Source: the human T2T-CHM13v2.0 reference genome, Homo sapiens. Taken from it: a stretch of DNA of 64,000 nt. The number at the start of each line of letters is the position of its first letter. The first letter of the stretch is position 1. Made by a program: the position numbers and the translations under genes. The stretch is from the NCBI RefSeq assembly GCF_009914755.1, contig NC_060947.1. The stretch is one strand, 5' to 3'. The notes beneath the pieces are model-generated. The model saw only the letters and a list, made by a program, of their open reading frames with translations, had not been told where the DNA came from and did no database searches. This document shows, one piece after another, positions 12,801 to 32,944 of the stretch.

Positions 12801-13605
12801 CATTTTGCTTTATTCAAATCTCTTACTTTCTGAAACAAATTGCAAATCTAATAGTCTACAAGACAAGATTTATACTACAGAAATCTCTCAAGGCAAGGGT
12901 GACAAACATCCTCTACCTTTAGGGTATTGAGAATTCTACTATAGTGTAATATAACTAGAAGTCAAATGCTTAAGTCAATTTAAATTCTTCTGGATTTTAG
13001 CCTAATAATCTATCAGAAACAAACAAAAAAACTTTTGATACTTTTGAACAAACTTTCAGTATTTTGACCCATGGCAAAACTTGTTTTAATTGCCCTATGA
13101 ATCATATTTATTATTATTATAAAATTTCACTCAGCTTAATTTATTTTCAGTTTGGCCTAATTTTCTTTTAGGCAACAAATGTCTAAGTTCGGGTGGGTTT
13201 ACAATTTCCTTGAAATTTTTACTTTGAGAAGTAAATTTGAAAAGGGTTTTTGTTAATGAAGAAAAACTGCTGATTCACTGAAAACATTTCATTTCTAACT
13301 GAAAAGTTAAAAGCTTTTCTGTCTGAGTATGTGTCAGTGGCAAGGAACACAGTTCAAATGCATGGTTAAAGGAAAACAATTTATGTGCATACTAAGTACC
13401 CTTATTTGTGATATTTGCTAATAAAATATTCATGCACAATTGTTACCAAATACCCGACTTCAGTGTATTCTTAAAACATTAAACTATCTTGGAATTGTAT
13501 AAGATTAGTAGAAAAGAAGAGGGTACCTTCTACCCTGCAGACTAAAGCCCACTGATCTGTTTTGTGGTAGGGTGAAGGGTTTTTTTATATATATATATCT
13601 CATGG

Positions 13606-14066
13606 TGTAGTAATTTCCTAGGGCTGCCATAACAAAGTACCATAAACTGGGTGGCTTAAACACCAGAAATTTATCATTTTATAGTTCTTGAGGCTAAAAG
13701 TCTGAGATCAAGGTGTTAGCAGGGTTGGTTCCTTCTGAGGGCTCTGAAGGAGAATCTGTTCCATGCTTCTTCCCTAGCTTCTAGTGTTTTGCCTGCAGTC
13801 TTTGAGGTTTCTTAGCTTGTAGACACAACACTCCAATCTCTGTATTCATGTTCACATGACATTTTCCCTATGTGCTTGTCTGTGTACAAATTTTCCCTTT
13901 TTATATGTATAGTAATCATATTGGATTAGTGGCCCAGCTACTTCAGTACATGTGACCTCATCTCAACTAATTACATCTACAACTTCCCTATTTCCAAATA
14001 AGATCACATTCTGGGATATTGGGACTTCAACATATGGCTATTTAGGAGACAAAATTCAGCCTATAA
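13606..14066 (-). mobile_element. MaLR solo LTR, MLT1C-like
   Basis: 'tttcctagggctgccataacaaagtaccataaactgggtggctt...cctatttccaaataagatcacattctg'. Confidence 0.85.
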
Positions 14067-14589
14067 TTCTTGGAGATAAATACATTTCAAAGCTGAAGCT
14101 TGAATATAGCTTTAAAACAACAACCAGAAATAACTATGCATCTATCATAATGGTGAGGAAAAAAACATGCTACCATTGAAAAGAGAAGGGACAGTTCAGA
14201 AACACAAGGCTTTAATTTAGGTATAGAAGAAACCAACAGATGTTTGAAGCTGGAAGTTAAAAATATTTTTGTTATATAACAAGAATGTAAATTAATAAAC
14301 TTTGTTGTTCTCAGTTTTGTGCAGGCTAGGTATTATATCTATCTAAACAAAGATGAGAATAAGTAATAAGGAACAACACAGTGGCAGAGATAAAGTAATA
14401 TTAGGATAACTGGCTCTTCTATTTATACTCTCTAGCTTCACTTGTATTTCTTCAAAAATCTGTAGCTACCTGTCTATTTTAATCATAAACAAATCTCCCA
14501 CCAATTCACAGTACTAAGCACAATAATAGAAGTTCAAAATGTGGAAGCTTCATAGAAGAAAAAAATTTTTGATTTAAAAGAAACATGAA

Positions 14590-15010
14590 AAGCTATCCAG
14601 TTCAATCTTCCTTCTCTTGCCAAAATCCCTATAAAATATCCAGGACATAGTCAGCCACCCTCTGCTAACATTCTTCCAAAGCTGATGCCTGCCAAAGACA
14701 AGCCATTTTATTTGTGATAGTTATTTTTCTTAGCAAAATTTTAATCTTTATAAATTGACCCATTGAAACATATAATGCACTCTAGAACAAGATAGACCAT
14801 ATTAATTCATGTTCCATTTAGCAACTCATAAAGCATTTGAAAACCATGGGCATGTGCCTGTACGGTTTCTCTTCTGGAGTTAAGCACCTCACTCCCATCT
14901 GAAGGTGTAAGTTTAGTAATGTTCTGCTTGATAATGTTCCAGGAGTGTCTTCCCAATGCAGCATACAGTGAGACTGTCACTACCATTGTTTGTGTTCTCT
15001 TCAGTGCACA
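14590..15010 (-). mobile_element. L3/CR1-like ancient LINE fragment
   Basis: 'atccagttcaatc...tcagccaccctctgctaacattcttcca...agccattttatttgtgatag' resembles antisense L3. Confidence 0.45.
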
Positions 15011-15304
15011 CCAAGATTGAAATCACTGTTGTATACTTCAGATCACGTTCTTGATTTAGACAAATATATATTAGAGAAAATGTTAACTTAAAGAATAGTT
15101 ACAATCTAAATTGAGAGCTCTGAAAGTGGGAGACTAGCACTTAGGTTTTCTGCTCTATTCTTTCTAAAATTACCTTGATAAGGCTTTTGGAGAAGATTCA
15201 TTTAGAGGATAAAAAATATAAAAATGGGACAACTAAATTGCTGTGCATAACCAAGTAGCAGGAATTTTGCAATAGTCCTTTGGCAGTTCAAGAGAGGGAT
15301 TTTT

Positions 15305-15453
15305 AAAATTTTTGATACATTATATTTGTACATATTTATGGTATACACGTGATACTTTATTGTATGTATACAATGTTTATTGATCAATCCAGGGTATTTA
15401 GGATATCCATCACCTGAGTATTTATCATTTCTATATGTTAGGTACATTTCAAG
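15305..15453 (-). mobile_element. Short L1MA 3' end with degenerate TSD
   Basis: Antisense L1MA 3' terminus; flanks TCAAGAGAGGGATTTTT (15288) and TCAAGAGGGAGATTTTT (15454). Confidence 0.8.
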
Positions 15454-15914
15454 TCAAGAGGGAGATTTTTAATCCCATTGTAAGAAGATAACAAATGAAG
15501 CATATGCAAAAGGAAAAACAAAATTCTGAAATCAGCCTGGAGTGCCGGCTATGACAGCAACAACAACAAAAAAAGGTTAACGCATAGCTGATCTCATGAA
15601 AAAGAAAGAGCAATTTCCCATCCCAGTTGCCATAAATTATGAAAAATGAAATACAGTTCTAATTGCTTCAGCTATTACTGCTTCACATCTTTTACCATCT
15701 GAGAAAGCGTTACTGGATACAAAAACCAAGGTCTTTGGTTATTGTGTCACATAGGAATAGGAGATGAAGCCCAGGACCTGTATGAGAAAAGAAGTTGAAA
15801 ATGAGGCCACAGGAAATATCCTGGACACACAAAAATATGCATCCACCATGAAAGTGAGTACTACAAAAAAAAATCACTAACAAGAAAACTTCATTTCTCT
15901 ACTAGGTTTTACAA

Positions 15915-15947
15915 AAACAAACAACAACAACAACAACAACAACAAAA
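15915..15947 (+). repeat. (CAA)n microsatellite
   Basis: Direct reading. Confidence 0.9.
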
Positions 15948-16751
15948 ACTCCTCTAAAAAGTCAAAACCTGTACTCCGGCCAATACAGATTTGGAAAAAT
16001 AAATTTTAAATTTAAAGCTTCCTAATATCAAAAATATAGCCAACTAAAAGCACAGGTTTGTGTTCAAAAGCAGATTAGATGCAGTTGAAGAGATAACTAG
16101 TGATCTAGAACCTACCTGTGAGAATTAATTGCTCAAAATGGCATATACAGAAGTAAAGAGATGGAAAACATATATGTTCCTGAAAGATAAACAAATAGAA
16201 TGAGTATGCGTGTATGACCTCAATGTGACCTAGGCAATATTAGAGGAAACTGCCTGAGAGATTTCCAGTATAGACTAAAGATTTTGATTCTTTAAAAAGA
16301 AAATCACAAGTCCTGGGAGGAATAAATAAAAATCACTCCACATTTATATGAGTGATGTGATATTTAGGACCAAAAATTAAAAGTCTATATATTAATAGTT
16401 TGAAGATAAAGCTTAAAATACTTGAAGGATATTTTAAAAAGTAAATAGAGTAGAAAAGAAGAAATAGCAAATAAATGGAGCAACCTGGTAAAGAATTAAA
16501 AACAAAAACAACAAAAACAGAAAGAAGGAAATAAAAGAAGCATTAATAAAAGAAAAAACAATGGAAAAAATCAACAAACTCATAATTTGGTTGTATAAAT
16601 AGACTAATAAAAAAGCTCTAAAAATGTTCATGCTAATCAGGTAATTAGTTTGGGGGAGGAGAGGGAGAAAGAGAGAGAGGAGATGGTACCTACCCAATAT
16701 TAAACATGAAAAAGAATACATGACTGCAGTTGTGGCAGAAATTTTAAGCAA

Positions 16752-17720
16752 ATGACACAATCAACAGAGTGAAAAGGCAGCCTATGGAATGGGAAAATAC
16801 ATTTGCAAATCATATATTTGATAAGCACTTACTATCCAGATTATACAAAGAGCCCCTATAACTCAACAACAGCAAACCCAAAGAACAAAAACAAAATGTA
16901 AAAATGAACAAAATACTTGAATAGCTATTTCTCCAAAGATTACATACAAATGGCTAACAAGCATATGAAAATATGCTCAAAACCTAATCACTAGAGAAAT
17001 GCAAATGAAATCCACAGTAAGATACCACCTCACACCCATTAGGATGGCTACCATCTAAGAAAATAACGAGTGTTGGCAAACATATGGAAAAATTGTAACC
17101 TTTCTACACTATTGGTGGAAATGTAAAATGATGCAGCTGCTATGGAAAACATTAAGGTGGTTCCTTAAAAAATGCAATTCCACCTCTGGGTATATACCCA
17201 AAAGAATTTAAAGCAGGATATTGAGGAGGTATTTGCACACTCATGTTCTAAGCAGCACTATTCACAATAGCCATGAGGTCGAAGGAATTTAAATGTCCAT
17301 TAATGGATGAACAGATAAACAAAATATGGTATATGCATACAATGAACTATCATTCAACCTTAAAAAGGAAGGAAATTCTGGCACATGCTACACAATGGAT
17401 GAACCTTGAGGACATTATGCTAAGTGAAATAAGCCAGTCATAAAAAAAGAGGATTACTGTATGATTTCACTTATATGATGTACCTAGAGTTGTCAAATTT
17501 ATAGAAACAGAAAGTAGAATGGTGGTTGCCAAGGGCTAGGAAAGAGGAGAGAATGGAGAAATGTTGTTTAATAAGTATAGACTTTCAATTTTAAAAGATA
17601 AGTTCCAGAGATTGGTTGCAAAATAGTGTGAATATACTTAATACCACTAAACTGGACACTTAGGAATAGTTAAGATGTAAATTTTATGTTATACTTTTTT
17701 ACCACAATAAGAAAAATGAT
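16752..17720 (+). mobile_element. L1MB-type 3' portion
   Basis: 'caacagagtgaaaaggcagcctatggaatgggaaaa...gtaaattttatgttatactttttaccacaat'. Confidence 0.85.
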
Positions 17721-17949
17721 TAAAAAGTATATTATATACATATTTATATCAATAAAGTAGAAAATCTGATAAAATGGATAATTTCCTGGAAAAAATATAA
17801 TTTATTAGTCTCAATTCAATAAAAAATTTAAAAAAAATCTAAACATACCTATACTTTTAAAGAAATTGAATTGCCAGTTAACCTAGTAATTAGGCTGCAG
17901 AGAAGGGAGAATCAGCCCCAAATTTTTCACATGCCAGTCTAACGAGTCT

Positions 17950-21326
<3,377 letters not shown>

Positions 21327-21819
21327 CGAGTTAATGGGTGCAGCACACCAGCATGGCACATGTATACATATGTAACTAACCTGCACATTGTGCACGTGTA
21401 CCCTAAAACTTAAAGTATAACAATAAAAAAATAAATAAAAAATAAAAATAAAAATAAAAATAAAGAAAAACAGTTCCAGAGGATGTAAAAGAAAGAAATC
21501 ACCCAAATCATTTCATCAAGTGAGTATAGCCTTCATATAAAAATCTGTGATGGCAATAGGGGTAGGAAAAATTACAGACAAATCACGCTTAGACAGAAAC
21601 ATTAAAATATTAGCAAATCAAATTCAGCTATGCTTACCTCAGAAATATCATGGGTTTTGTTGTGGTCCAGTGCAATAAAGCGAATAGCGCAATAAAGTGA
21701 GTCACATAATTTTCGTGGTTTTACAGTGCATATAAAACATATTTACCCTATACTGCAGTCCATGAAGTGTGCAACGGCATTGTGTCTAAAAAACAATGCA
21801 CATACTTTAAATTATCTAA

Positions 21820-22146
21820 GGCCCAGTGTTGTGACTCATGCCTGTAATTCCAACACTTTGGGAGGTGGAAGCCAGAGAATCACTTGAGCTCAAGAATTGG
21901 AGACTAGCCTGGACAACACAGTGAGACTTTGTCTCTACACAAAATTTAAAAAATTAGCTGGGCGTGGTGGTGCACACCTTTAGTCCCAGCTTCTCAGGAG
22001 GCTGAGGCAAGAGGATTTCTTGAGCCCAGGAGGTCAGGGCTAAGGCTACAGCGAGCCATGATCACACCACTGTATTCTAGCCTGGGCAACAGAGCAAGAC
22101 CTTGTCTAAAACAAACAACAAACAAACAAATAAACAAAAAAAAAAA
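21820..22146 (+). mobile_element. AluJ
   Basis: Dimeric Alu with J-type 'cttgagcccaggaggtc'; (AAAC)n tail. Confidence 0.9.
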
Positions 22147-22433
22147 CTTCATAGCTTTAAAAAACTAATAATTGTCTGAGAGCTCACCAAGTTTTTTGGT
22201 GTTGGAGGGTCTTGCCTCAATGTCAACTGATCAGGACGGTGGGGTAGTTGAAGGTTAGGGTGATTGTGGCAATTTCTTAAAATAAGACAACAATGGAGTT
22301 TGCCACATTAATTGACTCTTCCTTTCATGAAAGATTCTGCTGTAGCATATGATGCTCTTCATAGCATTTTACCCACAGTAGAACTTTCAAAATTTGAGTC
22401 AGTCCTCTCAAACCTTGCCACTGCTTTATCAAC

Positions 22434-22673
22434 TTTGAGACCAGCCTGGCCAACATGGTGAAAACCCATCTGTACTAAAAATACAAAAATTAGCTGGGCA
22501 TGGTGGCGCATACCTGTAGTCTCAGCTACTCGTGAGGATGAGGCACCAAGAATCACTTGAACCCAAGAGGAGGAAGTTGCAGTGAGCCAAGATTGTGCCA
22601 CTGCACTCCAGCCTGGACAACAAAGCGAGATTCCATCTCAAAATAAAAAATAAAAAAAGAAAGAAAAAGAAAG
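22434..22673 (+). mobile_element. 5'-truncated AluS
   Basis: Starts at 'tttgagaccagcctggccaacatgg'; no TSD visible. Confidence 0.9.
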
Positions 22674-22798
22674 TCCTAGGTAGTGTCTTCTTCCAATAGA
22701 AGGCTGTTTCATCTATACTGAAAATCTATTGTTTAGTGTAGCTACTTTCATCAGTTATCTCAGCTAGGTCTTCCAAATAACTTGCAGCTTCTTTATGA

Positions 22799-23354
<556 letters not shown>

Positions 23355-25563
23355 TAAGGCTGCTTCAATTTCCTATCATTCATGTGTTCACTGAAGTAGC
23401 ACTTTAATTTCCTTTATGAACTTTTCCTTTGCATACATAACTTGGTTGGTTGGCACAAGAGGCGTAGGTGTCAGCCTGTCTTGGCTTTTGACATGCTGTC
23501 TTCACTTCACTAAGCTTAATCATTTTTAGCTTTTGATTTACAGTGAGAGACGTGTGACTCTTCCTTTCACTTGAACAGAGGTCATTTTAGGGTTATTAAT
23601 TTGCCTCATTTTAACATTGTTGTGTCTGAAAGAAGAGGAAGCCTGAGGAGAAGGAGAGAGATGGGAAACTGCTGGTTGGTGGAGCAGTCAGAACACTCAA
23701 ACAACATCTATTAATTAAGATTGCCATCTTGTATGTGCATGGTTTGTGGTGCCCCAAAACAATTACAATAGTAGCATCAAAGATCACTGATCACAGATCA
23801 CCATAACAGATATGATAATCATGAAAAAGTTTGAAATATTGCAAGAATTACCTAAATGTGACACAGAGACACGAAGTGAGCACGTGATATTGGAAAAATG
23901 GTGCCAATAGATTTGCTTGACACAGAGTTGCCACAAACTTTCAATTTGTAAAAAAACACAGTATCTTCAAAGTGGAATAAAGTGAAACTCAATAAAATGA
24001 GGTGTGCCTGTATATATTTTTAAATAAACCAATGATTTTAATCAAGTGCTTTATATCAAAAATACAAGGATGGCTTAACATTAGAAAATTGAATTGTCAT
24101 TTACATTCCTATCTTGAAAATATTGATTCAAAAAATTGCATAGGGATTATAAATATGATATAATTTTCTAAATCATTAAATGCAGAATTAAAGGTGTAAT
24201 TCTGTGGGCATTTACATTTACAGTAAAAGTACAAAAATGTGTTTGGATGGAATGTATAATGAATTCAGGGCAGTGGTAACTTTTGGGCAGGAAGAGGACT
24301 GGAGTAGAGGGGTTTGAGTTTTTAGTTATATCTATTATATTTCATTTTGAAAAGGAGATCTAAAACAATACAGTAAAATATTCTCTCTTTTTATGGGTTG
24401 CATGCATGTTTATCATAGAAAAAATGTATTTCAATGAAAAAATATACACCTATAGTACACTCTCCTGAGCTATTAGAGTCTAACTCTGTTCATTGCCTTT
24501 GAGCTATTCTACATTTCTTTATAAACTGTAGATAACTGATAGATACTGGGCTCAAATAAAATTCACCACTGCCACATGAAATCTCTGCAAACTATTAAAG
24601 TGTCCTTCTGATAGAAATTTAATGCCTTCCTTTTCCATAACCCAAAATAAAAACCACGATTTTGTCTTCATTTGCAATTCACCTAAACATTGCTTTACTC
24701 CATATAAATTTGTGCTAATTTGACTTTTCCTTTGATCCGGTTATAACATCTGCCTGGTTCCCTCATAGCATATGTATAAAATAAATTCTTTAACATGTGT
24801 TCACTTTTATATCTGCATGAGAGTCATGATTTAACCTTTTCTGAAAATTATCTCAACACTATTTTTATGTGTTTGTAATATTTCACAATTTTAAAAAATT
24901 AAGCGACAGAGCTTTGAGAAGATCCAAGATGTGGAACCACAAGAGGAAGGGACTAGAGTTATTCTGGTGGAAGGCCCCCAGTATTATGGCAGATAATACT
25001 GGGAAGAAGGAGAAGCAAAGTCAGTGAGGGTTCTTCTAGGGTGGGGATCATGGAAAAACTTTGGAGCCATGATTTTTAATGTTTATTTTGAATTTCTTTC
25101 CTATATTCTGTTTACTCTCTGTCTCCATTTCCCCCAAACCTTTAGCAAAATAGTTTACTCAAAAAAGCCCTGTAGTAGTTCTTTTAGAAATAAACACAGG
25201 GGCAAAACAAGTTAAAGAACACTACAAACACAACACAACCACACCTGATGGCTTATTGCTTATTTCACATTGTGAGTTTCAAAATTTCGCTATTTGTAAC
25301 AATCACCTCTTCCTTTTTGTCTGTGGAGAAGACTAATGGAAAGATAAGGGATTTTAAGCCAAAATTTAAAGACAATGTACTTATTTTCAGTAAATTATTT
25401 TATAACATTTATAGTATAAAATTTGGGGGGTTATTATGGAGATGTATTGATTTTTTCTGACAAGTGCCATGGCTCGTGTTAATAAAGGTGTTATTTTCCA
25501 CCTAGCAGCCCTCGCTCTCACCTGAGGAATAGAATAAGTGACACTTTGTTGGATCTTGACATT

Positions 25564-28500
25564 TGTGAATGACAGAGTGTCCAGGACAATTAAGAAGATG
25601 ATTTTATTCAGGCTATTGCAAAAGAGAGCATGCTCATTAATGAGGAACATCTCATAGAAAAGAAAGAGGGCCTGGGATTTTATAAAGGCAGGTAAATAAG
25701 AGAGTCATCAACAAGTCTTATGAGAGTCATAAGGAGGGTAGAGAGAAATTTTGTGAGTCATTGAGGAAGGGTGGAAGTGGATCTTATCTCAGAGTATGGG
25801 AGATCATGCAGGTCCTTAATGAGGATGGAGGCCCATTCTCAAAGAAAGTGTGGGGTATTTTTCAACACTCACTGCTTTCCAGGAGCAGAGAGCTGAAATA
25901 CATTTTTACATTGTCAGTCCTCTCTTTTGGTCATGAAGAATGAATACCATTGTAACTCAGAGGTAATCATAAACCTCCTAAATGCGGCAAAGCAATGTCT
26001 AAGAAACTTGCTCAAGGATTCTTTCTGGTGTTTCTCTTGACAAACCAGTTGAAGTATCTCTTGAAACTATGTTCTAGAGTTCTGTAGATCAGGCAGAAGT
26101 TTGTCTAAAATGAAAAAAAAAGAGAAATGTATAAATGGTTGCATTAAAGCGCCAGAAATCGAACCCTGAGATTAACTGGTCTGGCAGATTTCAAGAGATA
26201 GGTGGAGGAAAATATTTCGGTTATGCAGCACCACTCATTGAGTATCCTGATACTCTCAAATAGGATGTCTATGCTCTTAGTGACATTATCACCTGTCATG
26301 GTTACCTCTCACACAAGCATTTTCCTGGATTTCCTTAGTGGTCCAGACATCATCTCATTCAAGGAAAATTTCAGCCCATGCATAGACTGTTGTGGTGATG
26401 AGTCTTTCAAAGTTTTTAGCAAGTTATTGGACTTCAGCTGACAGAGCTTCTTCAGATTTTGGGGGAAAGGGTCAGCTGCAAGGCAACCTAGATCCCGTGA
26501 AGGATCCGGGTAGACAGGTTTTAATTCTCAGTGAGTCCAAGTCATGTGGGAAAGAAAAAATTTGGAATGTTAGTTTGAAGAATTGTAATCAGATATTGAA
26601 AGAAACATGAAGAACCAAAAATTTGGTAACATTTGACAATTTGAAGAAGGTAACAGAATCCAGTCCAGTTTGCAGATAGATACCAAAACTAGATTTTCCA
26701 CAGTGTGAAAAGTCACAATCTCCTCCATGCAAAACACTTTGAGTATCCACTAGTCACCTGCAATTTACAAAGAGGTGCAAAATAGCTCGAAGACAATAAA
26801 TAGGACTAGAATGATGATTCAAAATGATATGCTATAGATAATGCACAGTTTTCCAGAGAAACACAAAATTTATCTTTATAATCTTCACCATTCTGTTCAA
26901 AAATAATCTCAAAGAACAATTATTCTTGATCACAAATGTGTTCTCATTAGATTTGCCATAATGATTTACATAGATGCAGCAACAATGGTAATTTACCATA
27001 TAAACCACCTTAAGTGTTTTTTTTTTTTTCTCTCCCAGTAGTCTGCCTAAAGACTCTCAGATTAGGCTTTTTAAAGAAAACTTTACGAGGCAAAGAAGCC
27101 AAGCCAAGAACTCACTATAAGATTTCACTTGCAGTAACTTGGATGAATCTCATCCAACTATACTTAGATGAATCTCTGTCTCCTTGAGTTCCCCAAAATA
27201 TCCTAAGTTTCCAGGAAGTGACCCTCCTTACTCACCTATGAGGCTGAGAACCCTGTGAGAGAAGTACCAGACAAGTTTTCCCAATAAGGTTTTGTAAGTA
27301 TGGACTCTATAAAGTCAACCTTATTTCATCAAAAGTATTCAGTCATGTTTGATTATATGAGTTTCATTCTTGAATATGACACACTAAAGGATATAATTTC
27401 TGTTGGAATAAAGTTTTTCAAATCAGTGATTCAACTTTTTTAAATGTAAACTTTTTTTTAATAATCTTAAGCATGTAGTAAAAGCAATGCCAGTATATTC
27501 CATCAGTAAGCCTGTATAATTTTAGGAAAATAATTTCCTAGTAGAATAAAAGTTTATAAATATAGTATACTTAACACTGATAAATCAGAGAAGATAAAAC
27601 CAAAAGTGTTAAGCTAGTAGAATGTGCTAAAATTTACCTAAATTATGTTAATTTGAATTCTTAACACATTTCCAAGTTGGTTTCTGTAAAAATACATTTT
27701 AAATTAAGCATATCGAAAGTTTTGGTAGATAAATCTCCTATTTTCTGGAAATTTTAGGAATTTTCTATTTATATAAGTCAGTTTTTAAAATCCCTATAAG
27801 CCATTCAGAATAGAGCTCCTTTATTAGATTTTTATAGTTTTATTTATTTATTAACATTAATACCATCTAGAGATAGAAACCTATTGCACACTTACACAAT
27901 GATAGGTAAATTATATAAACTACAAACATAAACATATAAACAGACACAGAGGGAAAACTTATAGCTTCAATTCTAAAATTTCAGCCCTGGGTCAAGCATA
28001 AACACAAAAATACAAACCACTAGGTATCCATCCCAGTGGACGTAAAATTCTTCATTGATTTGGACTCAAAATAGACAAACAGACAAACAGGAAAGACTAA
28101 AGAACAGATTTTCTTTCATCTTTTACCTAACAGAGACAAGATCTCTATAAACCATTTATCCTCTTACAGAAATCATCAAATGATCAGACCATGAAACTAA
28201 AAGAATTTAGTGCCAGAAACCAAGCCAGTACTCAAAAAGAATAAAAATCAAATCCCTACTGTGGACAAGGGTTTCAGGCATAGGAATAGGAGTCAAACAT
28301 ATTGCTGAGTTTCAGATCACCTGTCAGGAAAAGAATACAAAGGCTCTGAGAGGCCTTTTTACTTGGATGGAGTATATGGGGATCTGAAGGCAAAGTTTAA
28401 TCTCATCCAAGTCACGGTACTACACTACGAAAGACAAAGTGAACCAGACAATAAAGGAAATTAGTTTATTTAGGCTATTGCATTAGGGAGCACATTTGTT

Positions 28501-28754
28501 AATGAGACACATGTCCAATAAAAAAGGAAACCTTGGGTTTGTGGAAACAAATAACAGAGTTATCAGTGAGTCATGGGTCTCATGAGGAAGGATAGTGATC
28601 TGTCTTATCTGAGTCACTGAGTAAGGGTGGGGTGGAACTTTATCAGATATTCAAGAGCAGGATGGTTCTTTGGAATTAGCAATTTCTCAGAAAGTGTTGG
28701 GGGATTTTACAATTATTGCTTTGGGGGAGCACAGCATTAAGTTCAACATTATCA
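25564..28754 (-). mobile_element. Ancient non-autonomous ERV1 (MER67/MER31-type) provirus: LTR 25564-25916, internal region, LTR 28426-28754
   Basis: Two related LTRs, TSD CATT (25560-63 and 28755-58), PPT 25917-25930, PBS 28405-28422. Confidence 0.8.
28405..28422 (-). other. Primer-binding site, tRNA-His-like
   Basis: Reverse complement TAGTACCGTGACTTGGAT versus TGGTGCCGTGACTCGGAT (15/18), adjacent to the 5' LTR. Confidence 0.7.
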
Positions 28755-29736
28755 CATTAAACCTCTGTAACCTATTAAAATGAAGTGATACAAATATAGA
28801 TTACTTTTGACTTGTAATTTCACTTGTCATTATCACTGAAGGTTACTCTGTCTTACTGTGGGACAGAGTATGTGTCAGACTGAGAAGGTACTATCTAGTG
28901 TTAAACCATAAATCCCTTAATACCATAACATGCACGTGGTATAAGTTTTAAAAATACTATTAGCTTACACATGTGTTAAACTCTTTTCTTTCCATTTCAT
29001 TATTCACAGATTCTGATCTACTTTGACAAATATCCAGATTATAATTTCATAATGTGGATGGTTGATTTCGTTGTTGTTGTTGCTAGAAACAATATGTAGA
29101 TATAATGCTAGAAAACTTTTGTTTTTATGGCAAAGAAAAAGCAAGGTTATTGTTTCATAGTAGGGAGTCATTCAATAAAATCTTAAGACCGAAGTTGGCA
29201 CATGAGAAATCCATATATGGTATCTCTTTCTCCCACCACCCCGAGGGCAGTACTAATATCGTACTAAACAACTAGCAAATATCTTGTTTAGCCTAATTAC
29301 TTTATAATTTATCTGCTCCCCAAGAAGAGCATTTTTGCCCATTGCATGGATCTTATAGAATCACCTAATATAAAATGCTTCTCTGCCCTAAGAGCCCAAC
29401 ACTCAGTGGTTGTTTTTTTTTTTTTTAATTTCCAACTTTTACTTGTTCCAAATTACAGGACACCATTTGGCCTAGGGAAAAAATTACTGGAGGACCCACA
29501 TGTTTTATACTTATACATACATAATTAAGATTAATTGAGTTAATTTATTTCAAAATGATTGATTTGATAACTTTTCTTTATATGGGAGAATAAGAGAGAC
29601 TGATAAAAAGTAAGAAAGTAGAGGGTCTAGGAAATTTAAAATGTAAATTGTCAGTCCTCGAAGAAATAGGATATATATAACTGAAACTCTTAAATTGTTT
29701 TTCAACTCTCCAACTATTAATAGTTCAATAGTTCCT

Positions 29737-32365
<2,629 letters not shown>

Positions 32366-32612
32366 TTTCAGCCACAATTTATCTAATGGATTCTACATTA
32401 AATAATTCCATTTGTAATTCATTGATTGCACAAAATTCCATTTAATAATTATTTATTCATTTATTAGGTTTACCAAGATATGCTCTGGATAGGGAAATTA
32501 GGAATTTATAATGTTTTATTATCTCTAATATAAATATATATGTTTTAAATTATTATAAAAATTAATAGTAAGCTCCATAGTTTTTTGTAGTGGTTGTTAA
32601 AAACCTTTCAAT

Positions 32613-32944
<332 letters not shown>

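Noticed and set aside
16434-16760. Hydrophobic 108-aa ORF resembling a membrane protein
   Set aside because: Antisense of an A-rich L1 remnant; the F/L richness is compositional.
28405-28422. tRNA-His gene
   Set aside because: Only an 18-nt complement of the tRNA 3' end next to an LTR, i.e. a PBS; no cloverleaf.
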